Assembly: GCA_951406725.2 (NCBI GenBank)
Contig: OX597821.1
Location: 88,846,001-88,910,000, forward strand
DNA from: Octopus vulgaris
Lineage: Eukaryota
Direction of reading: 5' to 3'
Length of the DNA: 64,000 nt
A program made the translations under genes and the position numbers. The notes under the pieces were generated by a model. That model saw only the letters and a program-made list of their open reading frames with translations. It ran no database searches and was not told where the DNA came from. This document shows positions 56,583 to 64,000 of the stretch, piece after piece (the first letter of the stretch is position 1; every line of letters starts with the position of its first letter).

Positions 56583-56911
56583 GAGGGCGCGTGGCTTAGT
56601 GGTTAGGGCATTCGGCTCATGATCGTAAGGTTGTGAGTTCGATTCCCGGCGACGCGTTGTGTCCTTGAGCAAGACACTTTATTTCACGTTGCTCCAGTCC
56701 ACTCAGCTGGCAAAAATGAGTTGTACTTGTATTTCAAAGGGTCAGCCTTGTCACTCTCTGTGTCACGCTGATTATCCCCGAGAACTACGTTAAGGGTACA
56801 CGTGTCTGTGGAATGTTCAGCCATTTGCACGTTAATTTCACGAGCAAGCTGTTCCGTTGATTCGGATCAGCTGGGACCCTCGTCGTCGTAACCGGCGGAG
56901 TCTTTTTTTTT
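56583..56911 (+). mobile_element. SINE family D: distinct tRNA head, gtgtccttgagcaagacactt domain, 3' half shared with family C, oligo-T end
   Basis: A box tggcttagtgg, B box gttcgattcc; TSD tatattaaagtag at 56567-56579 and 56912-56924. Confidence 0.92.
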
Positions 56912-57619
56912 TATATTAAAGTAGATACCTAGCACTGCTGCATATCGATAAAGTATAATAAATAAAATAGAAAAGAATCTAAGAAGAGATGTGGCTTCTG
57001 ACGTTAAGGCTGCCCATTTTCGTGGCATACGAACTTATGTTGTATTACAGATTGAAACTTGATTGTTGATTTCGTACTGCTTTCTGCGAATTGGTATCAC
57101 ATGTATCAGGGTTTTGAGAATCTGCTGAAAATCTTAGGCTGATGTATTCTTCATCTGTTAATAGCTCAAAGTGTAGGGAATATTATTCGAATTGTCATCA
57201 TAACACATTATACTGCCTTCAAAATTTCATTTTGAGTGTCTTTGAAAAAATAGTTTGGTTACAACTGCAAATTTTCATAATTTAGGTGAAACAGAATTTC
57301 TCTGAGAAATACGACCAACCACAACACTATTATCCCGACTATTTACATATTCCCAATTGTGAATATCTAAAGTCAATGACTCTTTACATTTTCATATTTG
57401 TTGCTACATATATAACAGGTACGTCTCGCACAATCATAATAAAAAATTCTGTATGGTATTTTGTTACTTTCCTTTAAGTTGTTTTTCCTTTTGAGCCATC
57501 TGAGATTCACTTTCATTTTTATCGCTCATGATTCGAAAACAATTATGCACCCACCATTTAAGAGTCAATTAAATGAAGTGATCTCTTATTAAACTTTTGA
57601 CTATATATTTTATCGTTCA

Positions 57620-57797
57620 TCTTTTTCTTGTTTCAGCCATTAGACTACGGCCATGCTGGGGCTACGCCTTGGAGAATTTTAGTGGAATGCACCGACCCTA
57701 ATACTTATAGTGTTAGGCCTAGTTCTTATTCTATCGGGTCTTTTTTTTACCAAATCGTTAAGCTACTGTGACCTAAACACGCCGATACCAGTTGTCA
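57620..57797 (-). mobile_element. SINE family B 3' fragment
   Basis: cttgtttcagccattagactacggccatgctgggg tail. Confidence 0.7.
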
Positions 57798-59049
57798 GTG
57801 TCAGCTTTATCTACACGTAGTATTACTTAGACTCCACACGATGATTTCCTTATATGTACGTACCTGGAATACACAAATAAAACACTAATCTACTGTGTCG
57901 AATTAAACTGTTTCCCTTTTATTTTCTTAAGTCTACTCAAAAGCATTATTCTTCTGTTCTAGATTATCATCGTCTAATCCAGCTGTCAAAATTGGAAACC
58001 TTGATTGTCTGTTAGAAACCATGATGAATGTTAAATAGTTATATCTTGATGGAGCTTGTTTGACATGGGTCTCATTTTGATATGTCATTTAAGTAGTTTT
58101 CGTTCTCACTTAATTTAGACTGAGTTTCTTATCTTCTTGTTTTCATGACATTGGGGCCAGTGAATTTTGCTGAAAAACACTTTAATGCTTTGGGGTGTCG
58201 CCATAAGTTATGTGCCATTAAAAAAAAAGTTTCTCTCTTTTTAGATTAAAGTAGAGTTTTGACAATATCACTACTGAGAAAATTGTGGAAAACGATTCTA
58301 ATAACAATGGTAGCAATGGAGAGAAATATCTTTAATGGTTAGAACAATTGTGAAAATAATATAGGTTAAACGTCATGCAAAATAAACTATGAACTTTATA
58401 GAACTCAGGAAATAACGTTGTAATTTTGTGTGACGAAATGAAATATAACAACAGAAGCAACAGAGTCGTTATTGACAAAAATGTAAAAAAAGGAACGAAG
58501 AAAAGACACAATTGAAATAAAGTTAGAACAGTAACAACTGAAGACTGAAAGAAAAAGAAAACACCTTTGAAATGGAAGTAAGTGTCACGTATACGTTTAG
58601 ATTCAAATAAGATGGAAGAGAAGACAAAAGTTCGGAAACACACCAGCGGGAGGAAAAGAGATTTTTTTGTACAAAGGATACAACTGAAGAGGATGGTGAA
58701 AAAAAAATGATATTTAGATGTATCTCTCACAAAATTTATGAAGTGATGATCTCGATTAAAGGTCAAAGAAAAATATGCGGAGATAAATGTCTATAGTATC
58801 AACGCTTGAAAACGTTTGCCTCTTTATAAGAGTAATTTGCAAACAGGTTATTTGTGAATCCATACTGTTGCAACGAGTAAATATTCTCTGCGGTATGTAT
58901 TTTCCGGCCTAGTCTCAGCTCTATAAAAAAAAGTTTTATAATGCAAATTTGGAAAAAATTTAAAGATTGTGGGAAGTGGTCGAATGGATTGTTCCTATTC
59001 TAGGCTGTTAGCATATCAGGGTTTCCATTTTAATGCCACCTCGCATGCA

Positions 59050-59660
59050 AAGCCACTATGAAAAACATATCGTTAAACCACCCTCCGTTTAAAAATGACC
59101 AGGATACTGCACCGTTACTTCAAATGTCAGACCCAACTAGCACTGAGAATCTTTCCCGGAAAACATATAGCTAAGACTGATTCGCAAAAACTGTCGCTTT
59201 GTTTCAGAGACAGAAAATACATCGGTCTATATCAATTCATAATTCTTAACAAAGCTCAAATTAGACTCACAATTGAGTACATGCTCCCACATGTAGGACG
59301 GTACTGCTATTACAGACACATACTACATAGCATCCAAAGAGTGGCCACTCGAGTAATTGGCAGAATTGTCAATGTTTGTATAATCGAAAACCGTGGCCTA
59401 CAGATGTGCTGCCTTCATTGTCTCTGTTTTTTCTACAACTCTACAATGGTCTTTGCCACCTACATTCCAACAACTTTGAATCTCTTCGTTTTTCTACCTC
59501 TCATCGTCTATGTTATATCCTTATGCAGGCAGCTCATTAACTACAAATCACAGTCCTTCTTCCCCGACCACAACATTGGCTTTTGGAACTTTATATTGCA
59601 TAAGCATTGACAATCACGAAAGATATGGGACTGATCCTTTTTCAAGGTATATTAAGACTT
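59050..59660 (+). pseudogene. Decayed 3' portion of a Jockey/CR1-group LINE ORF2
   Basis: KAQIRLTIEY and LHSIQRVATRVIG match the 'YKAQIRP.MEY...LD.IQRRA.R.I' motif. Confidence 0.6.
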
Positions 59661-59726
59661 AAAGCGAGAGTAAGACTTGACCACTCGATCTTCTTAAAAT
59701 TCTCAACTTCATTTTGATTGTGTTAT

Positions 59727-59894
59727 GGCGCAGGAGTGGCTGTGTGGTAAGTAGCTTGTTTACCAACCACATGGTTCCGGGTTCAGTCCCACTGCGTGGC
59801 ACCTTAGGCAAGTGTCTTCTACTATAGCCTCGGGCCGACCAAAGCCTTGTGAGTGGATTTGGTAGACGGAAAACCGTCGTATATTTGTATATAC

Positions 59895-59928
<34 letters not shown>

Positions 59929-60138
59929 TTGTGTCTGTGTTTGTCCCTCTAGCATTGCTTGACATCCGATGCTGGTGTGTTTACATCCCCGTCACTTAGC
60001 CGTTCGGCAAAAGAGTTCGATAGAATAAGTACAGGGCTTACAAAGAATACGTCCCGGGGTTGATTTGCTCGACTAAAGGCGGTGCTCCAGCATGACCGCA
60101 GTCAAATGACTGAAACAAGTAAAAGAGTAAAAGAGTAA
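59727..60138 (+). mobile_element. SINE family B, full length
   Basis: Colinear with 15411-15858; ends in (gtaaaaga)x2. Confidence 0.92.
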
Positions 60139-60703
60139 CTAAGTGTATAGTGATGTAAATATTAAGGCAGTGACGGTACTCTGGTAATAGTTTACTACTA
60201 CAAATGTTCTGCGCGATCACTTATACCTCTGACTACACAAGGTCAAATTTAGGGCTTTTCGTTGCTTTCGTGGAAGATTTAAAAGGGCAGCTGTTTTTCT
60301 CAGCAGGGATAAATGAATGTACATCGAAATGATGATAGAGCGATCAAAAATATAAGCTGTTTAATATTTGTAATTAGTGTCAGAACAAGTCTCACAACAC
60401 CTTGGAGTCCGGTGAGATTTCTGTACTTAGTTACTTAACGTTTAGTTCTGTGTCCAAAAAAGAAAAACGAAAAAAGAAAAGCTACCAGAGATAACGTTTG
60501 AGTTTCATCGTCACGTGATCAATAAATAAAGTACAAGTAAAGTACTGGGTCGATTTTATCGGATTACACCTTCACCAAAATTTGAGGCTGTGCGTCTATA
60601 GTCTATAATGGAAATCAATAACTGTTACCAGTAACTTTGATTTTCAGTAATATTTATCCGGAAATATTCTTATTTCAAGCATTCTTACCTAATTTATATC
60701 TTT

Positions 60704-61035
<332 letters not shown>

Positions 61036-61250
61036 AGCTAAACCTATCCCTTCATCCTTGCCTTCTGTTCTGCTCTACACTTTTTTCACACAATACAGCA
61101 ATCTTGCTATTTCTAGTTACACCTTCATTTCTTAATTGACTCACTCACGATATCAACACCTTACTTCACTCCTCGTACGCAAGATTTAGGACTGATTTAG
61201 AGGAAGTGGTTCTGTATACACACACACAAACACACACACACAGATGCATA

Positions 61251-61297
<47 letters not shown>

Positions 61298-61455
61298 CAC
61301 TTATGTCAGACTGTACTTGTGTGAGTGTGTACTTGTTTATGTGTTGCACGTGAGTGAGTATGTGAAGATGCATAGGCTTGTGAACGTGCTGATATGCTGT
61401 ATCTATGTGTGAATAAGCATTCGATTTAACCTGCGATTGTATATGTACATGCATA

Positions 61456-62374
61456 TACTGTGTGCGGCAAAATTATCTGACAGATTTGTAGGTTTAATAA
61501 AAGTGAAATAGAGTAAAGAAGAACGGAAAACGTGCTGTTATTTTCAAAATGTGCATATAATGTAATTTTGTTTCAGTCGGTGCCATTTGTGATATTTTGT
61601 TTCAATTCGTCTTCAGTTTTCAACAAGAATTGGACGAGCGAGCATTGCACTTTCATTGTGGAAACGCTTATCAAGAAAAACGAATCTGTAACTGCAACAC
61701 GAAGAGCGTACCGTGTGCACTTCAGGCCGGGTAGACGCGATCCCGTACCTACTCGAAATTCTGCAGCAGCAGAATTCGGTACTTGGAGGTCCGTACTTCT
61801 TCGGAGAAGACAATGTTACAATGACTGTGAACTCTGATCGATATTGCGTGATGATTGAGACTTTTCTAACACGCAGACTGAATGAATTTGACGATAGGAA
61901 CAACGTTTTGCATCAACAGGATGGGGCAACATCACACATTTCTCGAAATGCGATGGGGATTTTTGAAGGAGATGTTCCTCGGTCATTTGATCACATTGCC
62001 TGTTTACATCGGTTATCCTGACCGATCACCTGATTTGAACCCGTACAATTTTTTTTTCTGTGAGGATACCTGAAATCAGAGGTAGACTCGCATCGGCCCC
62101 TATCTATTGCACAATTAAAAGATGGCATTCCTCAAGAAATTGCTGTCATTCCACATGAAATGGCCCGTCGAGTTATGGATAACTTCGTGAACGCCTTCAA
62201 CAGTGTAAGGAGAGTAACGGCAACCAATTGACTGATTTCATTTTAAAAAGCAAAAGGAACAAAATGGCATTAGATGTACTTTTCGAAAATATAAGCACAT
62301 ATTTTGCCCTTTACTGTATTTTGCTTTTATTAAACCTACAAATACGTCAGATCATTTTGCTGCAGCACGCTGTG
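61456..62374 (+). mobile_element. Internally deleted Tc1/mariner-superfamily transposon (DUF4817-type N-terminus) with ~60-bp TIRs
   Basis: TIR gcaaaattatctgacagatttgtaggtttaataaaag / cttttattaaacctacaaatacgtcagatcattttgc. Peptides NESVTATRRAYRVHF, GPYFF..TVNSDRY, QQDGATSH, RSPDLNP..FF. Confidence 0.9.
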
Positions 62375-62576
62375 TTTGTATATATATATATATATATTTA
62401 AATGTACGCACACCCACACACACGCATATATCTATATATATACAGAAGGAGAGAGAGAGAGGGAGAGAGAAATGTACAGTTATGATCCGAGGATCAAGGT
62501 GTGAGATCTTAGAAAGCTATGAAACATGTAAACTGGATTTAATCTACTCCATTTGCTATATATATATATATGTATA

Positions 62577-62639
<63 letters not shown>

Positions 62640-62749
62640 GTATATATATATATATATGTATGTATGTATATATATATATACATTCGTATATATGCATTAA
62701 TACATACACACACAAATACACACACACACGCACGCACACACGCGCACGC

Positions 62750-62861
<112 letters not shown>

Positions 62862-62900
62862 GGGTGGCTTGTTAGTAATTTTCCAACCGAAGGATTAAAG

Positions 62901-63300
62901 TATATATGTCACTAAAGTGACTAGGCCCCGGTCACCACTAGTATTGCTAGAAATAAGAGACAAAACACAACTATAACCATGATAAGTACTATCTTAATAA
63001 CTGACAAAGAAGGCAAGCTCCCTCAACGTAGAGCGTAGCCAGATCATCAGTGATTTCGCATTTACATTAATGTTCTTCAGTGGCTCGTATCGGCGCCTAG
63101 GGTTAAACTCAACACGTTTTGTCAGTTTGTAAGACGAGCGCAGAAATCATACGCTGTTCACATAAATGTCGGGTGATGAGGGAGTTTGCCTTCGTTGTCA
63201 GTCATTAAGATACTGCTTATCGTGGCTATGAGTTGTTTTGACTCGTATTTCTAGCAATACTGGTACTGATTAGCACCCTTAGTCGCTTTAGTGACGTATA
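62901..63300. mobile_element. Fold-back element (arms 62901-63025 / 63177-63300) with a hammerhead in the spacer
   Basis: Arms are diverged reverse complements with TA-rich ends. Confidence 0.85.
63037..63085 (-). ncRNA. Complete type I hammerhead ribozyme motif
   Basis: AGCCA-CUGAAGA-ACAUU aaugua AAUGC-GAAA-UCA cuga UGAU-C-UGGCU: 5-bp stem I, 4-bp stem III, AUC site; only the first stem II pair is mismatched (A.C). Confidence 0.82.
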
Positions 63301-63343
63301 TATACATATATACACAAATACCTACTAACTAACTACCTACTTA

Positions 63344-63404
<61 letters not shown>

Positions 63405-63408
<4 letters not shown>

Positions 63409-63560
63409 CGAAGTAAGCATAAATGTGAAACAAGGTGGAAAAAAGAGTACTCAAATACCAGAGGTAGAGTAATATGCTTTATTTAAAAGCAGCAGAATTT
63501 TAACAAAAGCTGTTACTCGGAGTAACAGCTTTTGTTAAATTTCTGCTGCTTTTAAATAAA
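63405..63560. repeat. Short element between (TA)n tracts ending in a near-perfect 41-bp-arm palindrome (63478-63560)
   Basis: 63478-63518 vs 63520-63560: one mismatch, 1-nt loop. Confidence 0.9.
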
Positions 63561-64000
63561 CTATATATATATATATATATACTTACATGCATATACATAT
63601 GTGACACAAGAAATAGGAATTTTAAATTTATGCAGAGATGTTAGGAGCACTCTGTCAAAATACTTACTTGGTTAACCACCTAGAATTTTTGGAGACATTT
63701 AGAATCGTTTAGATGAAAGAATAATTGTAGCACTACTATCAATTAGTAAAACTTGAATTCTCTTCCAATAATTTCGTGTAAAATTCTTGAGTATATTAGT
63801 ATGACAATGAAGAATTGAGAATTTTACGTCTGAAATTAAAATTATTCAGCATATAAAAATTCCTACACGTTTTTCAACGTAAGTGTCGTAGGTCCCTTAT
63901 ATGCGAGAGATCTGTACTTTAAATCAATTAAAATACGAATTCTGCTCGAAATATCGACAGTGTTATACAGCCCTTTTCGAAGTATTATCCATATGGGTGG

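Overview
AT-rich, repeat-saturated animal DNA. The SINE families and extreme microsatellite load suggest an octopus or related cephalopod (inference). I found no convincing host protein-coding exon; almost all ORFs in the track are microsatellite artefacts. The window holds several tRNA-derived SINE families with swapped modules, two 5'-truncated R4/Dong-type LINEs next to (TAA)n tracts, and decayed RTE and CR1/Jockey-like LINE pieces. It also holds three Tc1/mariner remnants and three copies of a ~210-bp mariner MITE. The most striking signal is a set of short non-coding elements, mostly long inverted repeats next to (TA)n tracts, from several sequence-unrelated families. Many of them carry type I hammerhead ribozyme motifs (best examples 63037-63085, 28024-28086, 35828-35865, 11804-11854), consistent with non-autonomous Penelope-like or retrozyme-like elements. 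All RNA structures were folded by eye and none has been tested for activity.
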